Source: Cladosporium halotolerans
Taxonomy: Eukaryota
Direction of reading: 5' to 3'
DNA length: 53,764 nucleotides
Assembly (NCBI RefSeq): GCF_011745625.1
Contig: NW_027191491.1
Coordinates: forward strand, 124,001 to 177,764
How positions within the stretch are numbered: the stretch's first letter is position 1; each line of letters begins with the position of its first letter. Below the pieces are notes generated by a model that was not told where the DNA came from, searched no databases, and worked only from the letters and a program-made list of their open reading frames with translations. The translations under genes and the position numbers were made by a program. Of this stretch, positions 23,245-35,596 are shown one piece after another.

Positions 23245-24927
23245 TTGGGGGTTGTTTTTTCTTTTAATTCGGTCTTTGGTTTTTTTCCCCCCTGAGATGG
23301 ATGGATGGGATGTAGGTTGTACAAAGATGATTATCGGGTATGCGCTGCAGTGTGCGCCGCCGACGGTGACACGACGCGAGCGCGACGGCTAGAAATACCT
23401 ACCTCTGAGGCTCTGCGCGTCGCCGTCTTCGCTGCCTCATAGTTTGTGACGTGCGAAGGCGACCTCCTCGGCGGGCCAGGGCGTTGACCGGCCTGGCCTG
23501 GCATGGCATGGCATGGCGGTGACTCCTACTGTAGAGCTAGAGCTCGAGGGAGTGTGGCCTTCACTTACGATGTTTGGGTAGGAGTCTTAGATACTGGAAT
23601 GTTTGCAGTGCTAGCAGTAGTAGATATCTCAGAGGCAGACGGGTCACCACACAGACGCAGCTGTAGTCGTGAAGAGATCCCGCGAGCATGGACGTGCAGT
23701 GCAGTGCAGCACGGTGCAGCAATCATCCACGCTCGCGGCGGGCGCTGCACATCACGCTTGCAGGCGGCAACGGCGCTTGCGTGCTTCATCGCACCCTGGG
23801 GCTGCACTTGTATGTATGCAGACCTCGGCCCGCGCAGATCTGGAGTCCCTGCGGCGCTGCGCGCGATAAGGAACGCCCCAGGCGAGAGGGAACTGCAGGT
23901 GGTCACAATGCCCGCCGCCGGACGCATGTGAGGGTCCGCTGCGAGACGGCGGGGCGTGACGCTGACGCCGATCGGGCGAAGCCTCGTGTTTGCGTGCGGC
24001 GGGAGACGGTGAAGGATGGTGGAGCGTGGAGCTCGTGGGGATGTGTCGCCTCCTGTCTGTCACAGCACAGTCAGTTCGGTCGGCGCGAGGGCGAGGGTGG
24101 ACCCGACGTGGGATGGCGGCGACGGGGTTCGCGATGGCGAATGGCGGCTCGCGAGGCAGCGCCCGAGGCAGCTTGGGCTGCAGCAGCCTTGAGCTCTCTC
24201 GCACAAGACCTCAGCCGGCGTGCAGCACCATCGGCCCCGTACTAACAGTCTAGTCTAGCTGTCTGGGTGGTATCACGCACTCACGGGCGTGATTGGCAGG
24301 GCGTGGGATGCGCGGCGGCTGAGACAGACGGCGCGATGCTTGCCTGCCTGCCTGCCTGCCTGGGTGGGCGCCCGCCTGAGGTGCCTTTCACATGCATTCG
24401 CCAGTCGCCCGTCGCCAGCCTGGGGCAGCCGGGGCAGGTGATACGCCGCGGGGTCAGCCGACCACGACGGACGTCCACGGCCATTGACGTGTGATACGGT
24501 CGGGCGGACGAGGCATTGCCCATTGACGGACGCCGCCTGCGCGGAGCTCACCGGTGGCATTGGGGTGTTGGAGGATTGGAGGGTTGGAGGATGACGAGAC
24601 AGGACTGAGGCAGTGAGGCAGCACACAACACATGCAGGAGGGCGACGCGTTTGACGTGTCCCGCAACAGCACAGCGGAGGGGATTTGTCCGACGGGGGCG
24701 CGACGACAACAAACAAAGAGAGCTCGGCGCGGCGGAGTGCAGGAGGCGCTGAGGCCGGGCCTGCGTTCCCAGCGAGCAGCAGCGAGCAATGGCACGAATT
24801 GGATGGGCGCGGCGCCATTGGAGTGCTCGCTTAGGCGCGAGCGAGGTCTGGGGCGCGGCCTCATGATGCGCGCCGGCGTGTGCCTCCACTCGCGGCCAAC
24901 AATGGAGCTACGGTATCTGCGCGAGGT

Positions 24928-24970
24928 GGGATTGGGGGATTGAGGGGATTGGGGGATTGCGGATTGGGGG
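24928..24970. repeat. Degenerate (GGGGATT)n array, five GGATTG cores
   Basis: gggattgggggattgaggggattgggggattgcggattggggg. Confidence 0.8.
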
Positions 24971-25769
24971 GCGCGAGCGGGAGTGGCAGGAGGAGGAGCA
25001 GCTGCTCGGGCTCAGGAGGACAGACGGATGCGGATGACCGTCGCCCTCGCGCCTCATGGCCTGCCCGGAGCCATTGTTGCGATTACGCCTGCATTCGCTG
25101 CGGCGGCCGAGGCTCGCGCGGGGTGCTGCTAGATGCTACCTGAACAATGCTCGGAGCGGAATGCGAGGGCACGGAGATAGCGGTGAGGGCGGCGAGAGTC
25201 AATTGCGACTGGGTTTGTCGGTGTCGCTGGCGGCAGTGCTGAATCATCGCGAGTGGCGAGGGCGGCGGTGGTGGTGGATGGCATTGGCCTGGGGCTGCGG
25301 CCTGAGGTCATCGCCGGGCGCAGCGGGCGCTGGACTTGGGTGGGCGCTTGGCCGGGCAGCGTCGCAGCGGCGTCATGAGTCACCTGCGGCCTCACTCCAC
25401 GCCCACAGCCCACACGCTCACGCTGCAGCCCAGCGCAGCAAACGCCGCCGCCCCGTCGCGAGCACGACAACAGCAGCACCAGCAGCTCCAGCTCCAGCAG
25501 CGCCCGCCCCAATGGCCCGCCGCGCGCACCCAGACGGCGCCGGCGTGAATGCGCTCGCACATTCGCTGCCCGGCTGACACACCGTCCTGCGCCCGCGCCT
25601 GGCCCTGGCCACTCGCCGCCTGCTCTCGCTGCCCTTCCACGCGCTTCTTGCGGCCAGCAATTGTCAGCCCGCCAGCCTGCGCGCGCTGCTACCGCTGGAT
25701 ATGTCGCAGCCTGTCATGCGCCCCTTGCGGCCAGCAGCAACAGCAGCTCCGGCCAGCAGGTAGCAGGAA

Positions 25770-25804
25770 GCAGATCGCAGCTCGCAGCTCGCAGCTCGCA
25801 GCTC
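25770..25804. repeat. (GCAGCTC)x4 tandem repeat plus one variant copy
   Basis: gcagatc gcagctc gcagctc gcagctc gcagctc. Confidence 0.9.
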
Positions 25805-26246
25805 GCGGCCGCCTGTCTCACGTCCTGCCTTAGTCGCCGTCTGCCTCGCATTTGCCTGCCCTCGCTTTCATCCGTCCATGTCATCTGCCGCCACCCAAAC
25901 CGCTGCCCCTTCACTCGCTCACCCACCCATTGCCGCCTAACCCCATTGACTGACTCTTAAGGCTAGGCGGTGGCACGCCCGCCTGCTCTCTCACCTTGCC
26001 TTACATTTATGCCTGCATTTGCCTTTCTCCCTCTCGCTCCGTGCTAACTAATACACCACTCCTGCTGACGCCGCGCCCTCCCGCCACTCGCCATCCTCGC
26101 CCTCCGTCCACCCAATCCTGTTGCCTCCCCGATTGGCAACTGCTCGGACTTTACGGCATCCGTCTCCACCGCCCTCTCATATATACCCACGACCACCGTC
26201 CATTGTGGCCGCCTTCCTCCATTCGATCGACACCCTCACACGACAC

Positions 26247-27431
26247 ATGGACTCACGACTCTCTCCCCAACACCAATCCTCCAACATGGCCTCGCCTCCT
26301 CAGGCAAAGGACGTCGACCGCCGGCTGCCGCCACCCTATCTTTCGCCACCAGAGGAGGCAGCCCTCTCCAACTTCTCCAAGGATGCGGGTCTCTCGCCAG
26401 CGCAGACCCCGTGGCGAACGACTAAGCTGCCGCCTATTCACACTCCTCACTCGCCACCGGCGTCGCCGACCACCTCCACTCCCGTCACTCTCGCCCCAAT
26501 CAACTCTGGCCTGCCGCAAACCGCAGCCGCACACGACCCGCCACTGTTTTCGCATTCACAGTCAGATGAGAATGCTGCGCCGCTCTTTGATGACGGCAGA
26601 CGAGATTCGGACTTTACGGCACCGCGCAACGACAGCCTGAGCCCCGAGAAGACGAATGCGAAACCTAAAAAGATCTTCGCTCGACTGCTCCACCACTTCA
26701 ACGGCGATCAGCCTGCCTTGGACTACTGGAGGATGGGCTACGAGGAGTTGTCTAGCATTCCGGGCTACGGCGCCAAGAAGCATGCCACGCTGCAGCCTCC
26801 TGTCGCCAACACCGGCCGGCTCGATGCGTACACCGCTTCTCTCAAGCACTCTCTCGACCATCCCTCCGAAGGACGCATCACCAAGGCAAAGCAGTCTCCT
26901 CCCAAGCCCAAGGCAGTCAAACCCGCCAAGGTCGCAGTGCCGCCTACCCCTTTGCCGCGCAAGCCTAGAGCTCCCGCTGTCCCGCGTGAGTCAAAGTCAC
27001 AGTCGGTCGAGCCTCAAGCACGCAAACGCGCACCGCCCTCGAAGCATGCGCCCCTGAAGGCGGAAGACAAGGATTGGGCCAAGCTGCCCGACTACTCGCC
27101 ACCCACCTCGACGCTCGACCACGGCGCAAAGCCTCTCAAGGTGACGTGGAAAGGCTCACCCAACGATCTCCGCACCGATCCCGAAGTGCAGTTCATGCAT
27201 CCTCAGGAGGTCGAGGCAGCCGCCGAGCTCAAGCTGTTCGGCGCACAATATCTGGCGAACAAGCGCCGCATCTTCATCGCGAAGGTAGGCTGTCTCCGCG
27301 AGGGCAAGAACTTCACCAAGACGGCCGCACAACAGGCGTGCAACATTGACGTAAACAAGACCAGCAAGCTGTGGGAGGCTTACGACAAGTCCGGCTGGTT
27401 CGACCGCGAGCATTTCGAGAAGTTTCTCTGA
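26247..27431 (+). CDS. SWIRM-domain protein (Fun19-like)
   Basis: Pro-rich N-terminus with LSPPE and LPPI motifs. C-terminal SWIRM region DWAKLPDYSPP..HPQEVEAAAELKL..YLANKRRIF..FTKTAAQQACNIDVNKTSKLWEAYDKSGWF. Alternative AUG at 26286. Confidence 0.85.
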   Translation: MDSRLSPQHQSSNMASPPQAKDVDRRLPPPYLSPPEEAALSNFSKDAGLSPAQTPWRTTKLPPIHTPHSPPASPTTSTPVTLAPINSGLPQTAAAHDPPLFSHSQSDENAAPLFDDGRRDSDFTAPRNDSLSPEKTNAKPKKIFARLLHHFNGDQPALDYWRMGYEELSSIPGYGAKKHATLQPPVANTGRLDAYTASLKHSLDHPSEGRITKAKQSPPKPKAVKPAKVAVPPTPLPRKPRAPAVPRESKSQSVEPQARKRAPPSKHAPLKAEDKDWAKLPDYSPPTSTLDHGAKPLKVTWKGSPNDLRTDPEVQFMHPQEVEAAAELKLFGAQYLANKRRIFIAKVGCLREGKNFTKTAAQQACNIDVNKTSKLWEAYDKSGWFDREHFEKFL

Positions 27432-28187
27432 GCGACTTTGCTTGTCGATACCCCTGCATTGTGGCATAGCATACAGCACACCGCATAGCACGCTCACTCT
27501 GCCGTCAGCCACGGCGGCATTTTTTCGCATCAGAATGATCAGGCGGCAGCCTTACGAATTGATGATGACTCACTGACGAAGGCGTTTTCGGGCATTCACG
27601 ACTTTTGGTTTTTATTCACGATTGGATTGCTTTTTGGATTTTCTTTTGTTACGGGCCATGGTTTTCACGGTCTCCAGCATTTTTCATGACTCCCCTCACA
27701 GCAAACCGCTGTTTTGCCATTCGGTGTTTGTTCCTGGCGTTAAGCGAAGGGTGGATCCATTGCATAGCATGATCTGGCATGGTAGATGATACCCACCCAC
27801 TTTCAACAGTTGGATACGTTAGATAGGTGCGACGGTGAATGAAACGATGACAGTTGTTCATATCTCAATTGCTTGTCCCAATACCCAACATCCGCCGCCT
27901 TCACACCTGACATGTCGTCTCGTCATCAAGAGTGGCGCAGTCGCAGTCAAGATCACTTACCGACGCTGCTCAATCTCACATGTGCCACGTAATTCGCAGT
28001 CGCCATACTTACCAGCACGCCTCTGCCGGGCTGCCGTCGCGACAGCGTCCGCCACGAGCCGGACCCTGACACGGGCGCTGACGAACCACCCAGCGGCTTG
28101 GGAAAGCTGCGACGCCGCGCGCGCTGGACGACGTCCCTCCCCCTCCGTCCACCACCCTCCCGTTGGCCACACGCACCGGACAGGGCC

Positions 28188-29675
28188 ATGTCGCAAACGA
28201 TGGAGCACACCGACTCGAGCAGCGTACGGGAGAACGAGGAGCCGGACAAGAAGCAGAAGAGCAGGAGGCCGCCGAGTACGCGAGAACACATCCCTCCCGC
28301 CGAACGCCGACCCGGCGCATTGAGCATGGAAAGAAAGTGAGGCAGAAGACTGATAGATGGAACACAGATACCGCCTTCCGCCAGCAGCGCTTGAAAGCCT
28401 GGCAGCCCATCCTCACGCCCAAGACCGTCCTGCCGCTGCTCTTCGGTGTGGGCATCATCTTCGCGCCCATCGGCGGCCTGCTGCTGTACGCCAGCGCCAA
28501 GGTTCAGGAGCTCTCGATCGACTACTCGCACTGCAACGCCACCGCGCCCGCCTGCAACGCGCAGGGCACTAACTTCAACCCAATCCCGACGAGTGCCGTC
28601 TCCTACTCCTTCCGCAATGAAGTCAGCGCCGACGACGCGCCCACCTGGTGCCGCGAGACGCAATACATCAGCTACGGCGGCACGACCAACGTCACAACCC
28701 CCGTCTGCCGCATGCAATTCCACGTGCCAGACGTGCTCAGCCCGCCCGTCCTCCTCTACTACCGCCTGACCAACTTCTACCAAAACCACCGCCGCTACGT
28801 CAAGTCCTTCGACATGCAGCAGCTGAACGGCGAGTACCGCTCCGCGTCCGACATCGACGGCAGCGACTGCGACCCGCTGCAGCTGGGCGAGGACGGCAAG
28901 CCCTACTACCCCTGCGGCCTGATCGCGAACTCGCTCTTCAACGACACCATCTTCCCGCCGCTGGCGCTCAACTGGCCCGGCGAGAGCGGCAACTACACCT
29001 ACGACATGAAGAACACGAGCATCGCGTGGGACAGCGACAAGGAGCTGTACAAGACGGTGACCACAGACGTCTACCCCTACGGATCGGTCGTGCCGCCGAT
29101 GTATTGGAGGGAGAAGTACCCCGTGTACAACGAGACGTTCCCCTACCCGGATCTGCACACGGACGAGGCGTTCCAGGTCTGGATGAGGACGGCCGGGTTG
29201 CCGACTTTCAGCAAGCTCGCGCGCAGGAACGATACCAGGGCCATGGAGATTGGCAGGTATCAGGTTGATGTCTACGACTGTGAGTGGGATGGATATTGAA
29301 GAAACAAGTGGGTGAGGCGCTGACGTGGCATCTTGCAGATTTCCCCGTCAACAGCTACGACGGAACGAAGTCCATCCTTCTCTCCACACGAACCATCATG
29401 GGAGGCAAGAACCCCTTCCTCGGCATCGCTTACGTGGTGGTCGGTGGGCTCTGCATCGTGCTTGGAGCTCTCTTCACCGCGACACATCTGATCAAGCCAA
29501 GGTTAGCATTTACTCGCGTCATCATTGGGTGTAATTTCCCACAAAGAACGATCACTGACCGGTGGCGAAACAATGCAGGAAACTCGGCGACCACAGCTAT
29601 CTCAGTTGGAACACAGACCAGCCGAGCACGGCAACTACAACCGGCCGCAGCGGGCGACCTGGAGAAGGGGCATAG
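28188..29675 (+). CDS. CDC50: CDC50/Lem3 phospholipid flippase beta subunit, 419 aa, 4 exons (28188-28275, 28368-29279, 29339-29501, 29579-29675)
   Basis: Motifs [74 protein letters not shown] and [13 protein letters not shown]. Confidence 0.95.
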
Positions 29676-30568
29676 GCGCTCACTCCTTCCTCTCCCGACG
29701 TACCCAAATGAATTTATTGTTGAATCATTTCCTCCATTATCAGCGTTTCTGAGATTCAGGCGTTCATGGCGTTTTCCTAGGCCCGGCATCGATCGAGGCG
29801 AAGATTAGGGGGCAATTGAGCGGAGCCTTGGCGTCACGTATGTACATCCAGACATTAGATCTCTTCCTTGACCATCTCAGCACACCCTCACGATCGTATC
29901 TCCGACGTCCAGACGACGCCTCTTCTCCAACGCATTGTCTGCCCTGTCTCAGCTCCTCCTTTGCCCCAGCACCGCTGACCTACACCCCGAGCATCTCCTT
30001 CCCTTTCTCTTCCCAACACACCAACCTTGCTAAGCCAAAGAAAAGACGCCGGCCCACGGCACGTCCATTCAGAGTGCCACGCGATGGCTGAAGCACCGCG
30101 CTCATATGACGACAGGAAAGGCCTAGACTCTGGAACGCAGACCGGGTAGCCTTGCCTCGAAGACGACTCGCGGGGACAGGGCACTCTTTGTTGTCGTTTC
30201 ATCCCCGCTTGTAGGGGCCACTGGGCCGGGACGCAAACGTCGACGTATTCTCCGAGGGCAAAGGACTGCTCCCAGGTCAGCGGTTCCGGGGCGAATCGCA
30301 TGGTTTCGTTATATAGCAGTATGGCGCTGCTGGGGGGCGATCGGATCGATCTCGACGTCTGCCGCCTTACTGGCTGCTGCCGTCAATACAGATACGACGA
30401 AAAGAAAACCCACCAAGCCAATCACGTCCAGCATTCCTGATGAGCGCCAGTTCCACGTGGTGACCCAATACCGCATTCCACGGAAGCGCCTCTCCCGCCG
30501 CTGCTGCAGGGGCCTGAGACGACCATCCACCACGAGCAGAGCCTCATAGATCTAGATCCCTCCCTGCC

Positions 30569-31518
30569 ATGCGCAGCACCATCCTCCTAGCCGCCCTCGC
30601 GGCCCTCGCGACCCTAACAAACGCCGCACGCAACACCCAACCCATCAAACCCCTCCCCCCTTCCGCCCTCAACGCAACCCACTTCCTCGACCCCCAAACG
30701 ACCAAAATCTACCGCCGCCACGCCTGCGCCGCCCACGACGACACCAACGCCACCGCCGCCTTCAAACACCTCGCCCGCGCCCTGCACGCCAAAACCCGCT
30801 CCCGCGCCGCCGGCGCCCGCGCCCCCGCCGCACCCTCCCCAACCCCCTAACCATAAACGCCTACTTCCACATCATCACCACCGCCGCCAAAGCCTCCACC
30901 GTCACCCCCGCCATGGCATCCGCGCAAGCCGCCGCCCTCAACGCGGCCTACAACCCCATCGGCATCACCATCAACCACGTCAACACCTCCTTCACAACCA
31001 ACGACGCCTGGGCCTTCGCCGAGGGCGCCGCAATGGACGAGCTCAAATTCGCCCTCCGCGCGGGCTCCTACGCCGACCTGAACCTCTACTTCCACTCCGA
31101 CCTCGCGGGCGGCATCCTGGGCACCTGCACGCTGCCCTCGCGCCTGCCGCCCGCTTCGCCGCGCGCCCTCTACGCCTCGGACGGCTGCAACATCGCCGCC
31201 GGCACGCTGCCGGGCGGCTCGATCGAGGGCTACAATTCGGGCGGGACGGCGGCGCACGAGACGGGCCACTGGCTGGGGCTCTTGCACGTTTTCGAAGGGT
31301 ACGACTGTAGTGGGGAGGGGGATCTGGTCGACGACACGCCGGCGCAGAGCGAGAGCACGGACGGGTGTCCGGTCGGGAAGGATAGTTGTCCCGGGCTGGA
31401 GGGGGGGGATAGCGTGCATAATTGGATGGATTATTCGACGGATGCGTGCTATGAGGGGTTTACGGCGGGGCAGGTGGGGAGGGTCGGGGAGATGTGGGGG
31501 TTGAGGGAGGGGCTGTGA
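30569..31518 (+). CDS. Secreted M43 (pappalysin-like, MEP1-type) zinc metalloprotease; 1-nt frameshift near 30845
   Basis: Signal peptide MRSTILLAALAALATLTNA and a prodomain Cys (RRHAC). After the frameshift come INAYFHII, LRAGSYADLNLYF, HETGHWLGLLH and the Met-turn HNWMDYS. Confidence 0.85.
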
Positions 31519-32240
31519 TGTGGGAGGGGGGATGGGGAGGGGAGGGGAGGGGGTGGGTGGGTGTTGGTGTTGGTGTCGATGTCGATGTGGTGCTGTCCTG
31601 CGTCTTGCTAAGGTTTTTCTTTGTTTGTCTGTCTATTTTCTCTTCGTTTTGACTGTGTCGCTTTTTAGTCGTTTGGATCCTGTGCGGGTGGATGTTGCTC
31701 GACTCGCGTGATTTGACATGATTTGTACACGAGAATGATGTACTGGGTTGAGCGAGTCGAAAGGCCATATATGTCATGTGGAGAATAGACTGGCAACATA
31801 GACAGATAGGCCGCATTGCATTTAGAACCACCGTTGCTCGACTCCCTTCTTACTGACAGAATATCTATGGGTGTCACGCATATTGCAAGCTTCGGTAGTC
31901 TGACGGACAGTGATATGGTTTGTACCAAGAGCGAATCAATCCTACTTGGCTTGACGTTTTGATCGATGCCCAGAACAGGATGATTGTTTGATTCGACGAA
32001 AAAAATGAGATGATATGATAATACATGCTTTCTAATAGCTACCAAGTTTCCCGGGCCCGAGCCGAATAGAAAACCAAGGAAAGCGAACAGAAGGTTGAGG
32101 TGGAGGAAATCGTTCGTGGCGCCATATCCCTCCCTCAACGCGAAGAGCCAGCCTTGCTCCTGGTCGTCACAACAAGACCTTTCACCAAATAAGATGAGGT
32201 CTCACTCTCCTTCTCCCTTCACTCCCAGCGAACGACCAAC

Positions 32241-34723
32241 CTAATCAGTCATCCGCCACGTCGGCAACCACTTCAAGTGCTTCCACTGCGTATGGCTGCC
32301 CTCCATACCAAAGCTGAACGCCCTGAAAAGCCAGAACAGCCCGACGACAGCGACATACAGCAGGGCAAAAATCCCCCACTGCACGCCCTTTCTCAGCTCG
32401 CGCGTGTACCAATCGACGCAGAAGCCCGCGCACAGGATCGCAAAATACAGCGCGGGGTAGTAGTGGTGCACGTAGGTGACGCGGGCCATGGCGACGAAGG
32501 GCAGGTAGTGCAGGAACCAGCCGAGGACGGGGTAGATGCCGGAGTAGTGGAAGTGGTCGAGCTGGGCGTAGGTGAGCTCGTCGTAGCCGCGCTGCCAGCG
32601 GATCGCGTACCAGGCGAGCATGGCGGCGAAGACGGCGAGGGAGGCCGTCGAGCCCCAGTAGACGAGCGGGTTGCCGAGCAGGAAGTACTTGACGATGTGG
32701 TCGTCCCAGCCGCACATACGCAGGCCGACGTTGAGCAGCGGCCACTGCCAGGGTTTGGAGGCCAAGTCATCTTGCTTGTCGGGGTCGGGGACGAGAGCGT
32801 TGTTGGATGTCATCATGGCGACGTTGAGGTGCACGAAATCGCGGAAGAAGGGGGATTTGTAGGAGCCGGGGTCGCTTGCAGGGACTGGGAGGTGTTAGTG
32901 GTGATTGTTAGGTGCAGGGGAAGGGAAAGGGAACTCACGCTTCTCGTTCCAGTGCGACTCGACGTTCCAGTGAGTGTAGACATCGCGAGGCTTGTTCTCC
33001 TTAACGCAAGTCGTCTCGATCTGCTTGAAACCCCACTGCGGCAGGTTGACATTGCCAGCGCGGAGGTAACATCCAAGATCGACGTGTCTAAGACGGAAGG
33101 AAGTTGTGAGCGTGCGAAGCTTCGAGTAATCCCTAGACGAAGCATCATCCACAACTTCGACCTTCCAGTGATCCTTGGTGTCACCGATGGTGAGGTTACC
33201 GTAGCAGGAGACTTCCCAGTCAGCCTTGGTCACAGGAGCGGCGACCTGGTGAGAATGAAGGTTGCGGCCGGTCTGTGCGTGGATGAGACGGATGACATCG
33301 CCGTTGCCGACGTACTTGATCTCGGGGTCCTCGGAGTTGTAGTCCGGCTGGTTCCTGTTGGGGTAGAAGAACCAGTCGTTGTTGGCATCTTTGTGGTGGT
33401 AGCAAGTGATCTGCTGCTGAGTAGAGCCCTCGGGGTAGGTCTGGACGTGAGAGTGCAGAAGTCCGCCACCGTAGCCCATGTTCTTAAGGGTTGCGCGAGA
33501 GCCAATGGCAATCTCCAGAGGGCTGTCCTTGCCGACTTCAGTGCCCCTGAGGTTGGCCTGGAAAAGAGAAGACATCTGCGCGTCGCCGGGACCGCTGTTC
33601 TCCAGGATGAGGAAATGAATGTAGAAAGAGAAAAGGTAGACAATGAGAGGGATGACAATCAGGCCGATCACTCTGAAGACGAAGTGTGCCGCAAGCTCGA
33701 CCTACAACAGCATTAGACAAACGAGTCTCACTTTCGGCAAGGCATCTTCGAAAACTCACCTTCGGCATCTTCAGATCACCAAACTTGTTCCACAGATCCT
33801 CAATCGTGTAAATACCAACAAGCGCGGTACCGAACATACCAACCCACTTGACACTGCAGACGCATCCAATGCTGACGCCCGTGCAGAAGAGCCAGAACCC
33901 CCACTCAGGCGAGAAGCTGTCGTGGCGCTGGTTGTGGAACTTGCTCCAGCAGAAGACCGTCGTAAACGTGAAGAACAACAACATACTATCGAGCAAGATG
34001 AACCTGCTGATAGTCGTGTAGCTGTTCTCGAACAGCACCATAGCCGTGACGAGCCAGACGGTCGGGCGCTTGAAGTGCAGCTCTTTCGCGGTGAAGTAGG
34101 CGAGCGGGACGCAGAGGGCGCCGAAGGCGGAGTTGAACAGGCGCATGAAGGTGTAGTTGAGCTCTTCCGGGTAGGTCTCGCCCGATTTGAACTCGAAGGA
34201 GCCGTTGTAGTTGGCCAGGTAGCCGGAGAGGCCGACGAGCATCTTGCCGAGGGGAGGGTGGACGTCGAAGTAGAATTCGCGCTTGAGGTAGTGGGAGCCG
34301 AACTTGCCGAAGCTGTTGTACGCATTGTTAGATGTCAATTCCTTTCATGGTCTCCCATGAGAGCGAGAAGGAACATACTGAGCCTCATCCCAAGTAACGA
34401 TCGGCGACAGGCCGATCTTCCACATGCGCGTGAAGAACGCCAGCGCAGTAAAGACCAGCGGCGCGATCAGAAACTCGTACTCGTCCAAGACATCGATGAA
34501 GGAGCTCGTCTGCCAAACGGAAACCCAATTGTCAGCCCCCCGCCAATCCCATCCGAACGTGTGGTCATCTTGTCCCGTGCAAACATACCTTCTGCTTCGA
34601 CTTCTCCTTCACATCCTGAGCCGTCTGTCCTCCGTTCGCTTTCGTCGCCTGCCCTGCGTTCCTCTTCCTCATGTCGCCCGTCGTGTCCGCACCGGTGGTG
34701 ACGGCTTCATCGCGGACCGCCAT
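32241..34723 (-). CDS. PMT2: Dolichyl-phosphate-mannose:protein O-mannosyltransferase, PMT2 subfamily, 741 aa, 5 exons (34723-34589, 34509-34379, 34312-33760, 33701-32939, 32884-32241)
   Basis: Motifs [49 protein letters not shown] domains ([23 protein letters not shown]), LASKPWQWP and [14 protein letters not shown]. Confidence 0.96.
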
Positions 34724-35596
34724 TGCTGAGAGCTGGAGCCAGTTCGCTCGGTTTGTTGCGGGATGAGATTCGAACCGTCGAAGGTCGAGAGAAGACACAA
34801 ATCGGTGTCAGATCGTATTTTGGCCAGATGCAATCGCGATTCGCGCCCAAGGTATCGAAAGTAGTCCTCCGATCTCCCTTCCCCAGAAATCCGCAGCGGC
34901 GCGTGTAAGGTAAACGCTCAACACCCGATCGCGCCAGGAGCGGCTGAAAGAGGGTGGAAGAAGGAAGAAGAGAACGTGACGAGAAAGCCTCGCGCTGCAC
35001 TATGCAGTCCGGTGGTGAGATCGTGAGCTCGACGGCTTCGTCGTCGCCGGCAGCGACAGCTGGAACGTCGTAAACTAGCGGGACGCCTCGAATGGCCAGC
35101 TAAGCTGCCTCCTAGCGCGGGCCGGGCAGGGCAAGGGGTCTATTTCCAGCGTTTCTGTCGCGCTTATGCAAGGCTGCGCGACCCGCGATCAAAACGTGTC
35201 CTTGACTGACTTTCGAGGCGGACACGTGAAGAGCACAAAGTCACGTGGTGGTGAATTCAGTTATGGTGATTGTGCATTTTCAGCAAGATAATTTTGTACG
35301 TTGAAGTAATTTGTGCTGTTTCCTCTGTACCAGGCCCAGGGCATACTACTAAAAAATCGCCCGCGCCCCGCAAGTATCTATACATCAGGCTGCGAGCATC
35401 AAAGGCCAACCAACCCGTCTCTATATCTCAAAAGGGGGGAAGGGAAAGATCAATTCGATAACCCGCGAGAGCTTCAGGCCCAGATAACCATGCATTTTCC
35501 TTCGAGGAAACAAACAAAAACGCTCACAGATGCACAGACACACACGCGACACGCACTTGACAAACCTTTCTCTTTCGTTCTTTCTCTCTTTCTCTC

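Noticed and set aside
23500..25960. Many 60-185 aa ORFs in the long intergenic gap
   Set aside because: They are GC-rich, stop-poor sequence with no coherent codon bias, domains or convincing splice structure.
32277..34701. Long antisense ORFs (479 and 352 aa) opposite PMT2, and similar ones opposite CDC50, UGA1, GLC3 and ATG8
   Set aside because: They are the expected shadow ORFs of strongly GC3-biased codon usage and carry no recognisable motifs.
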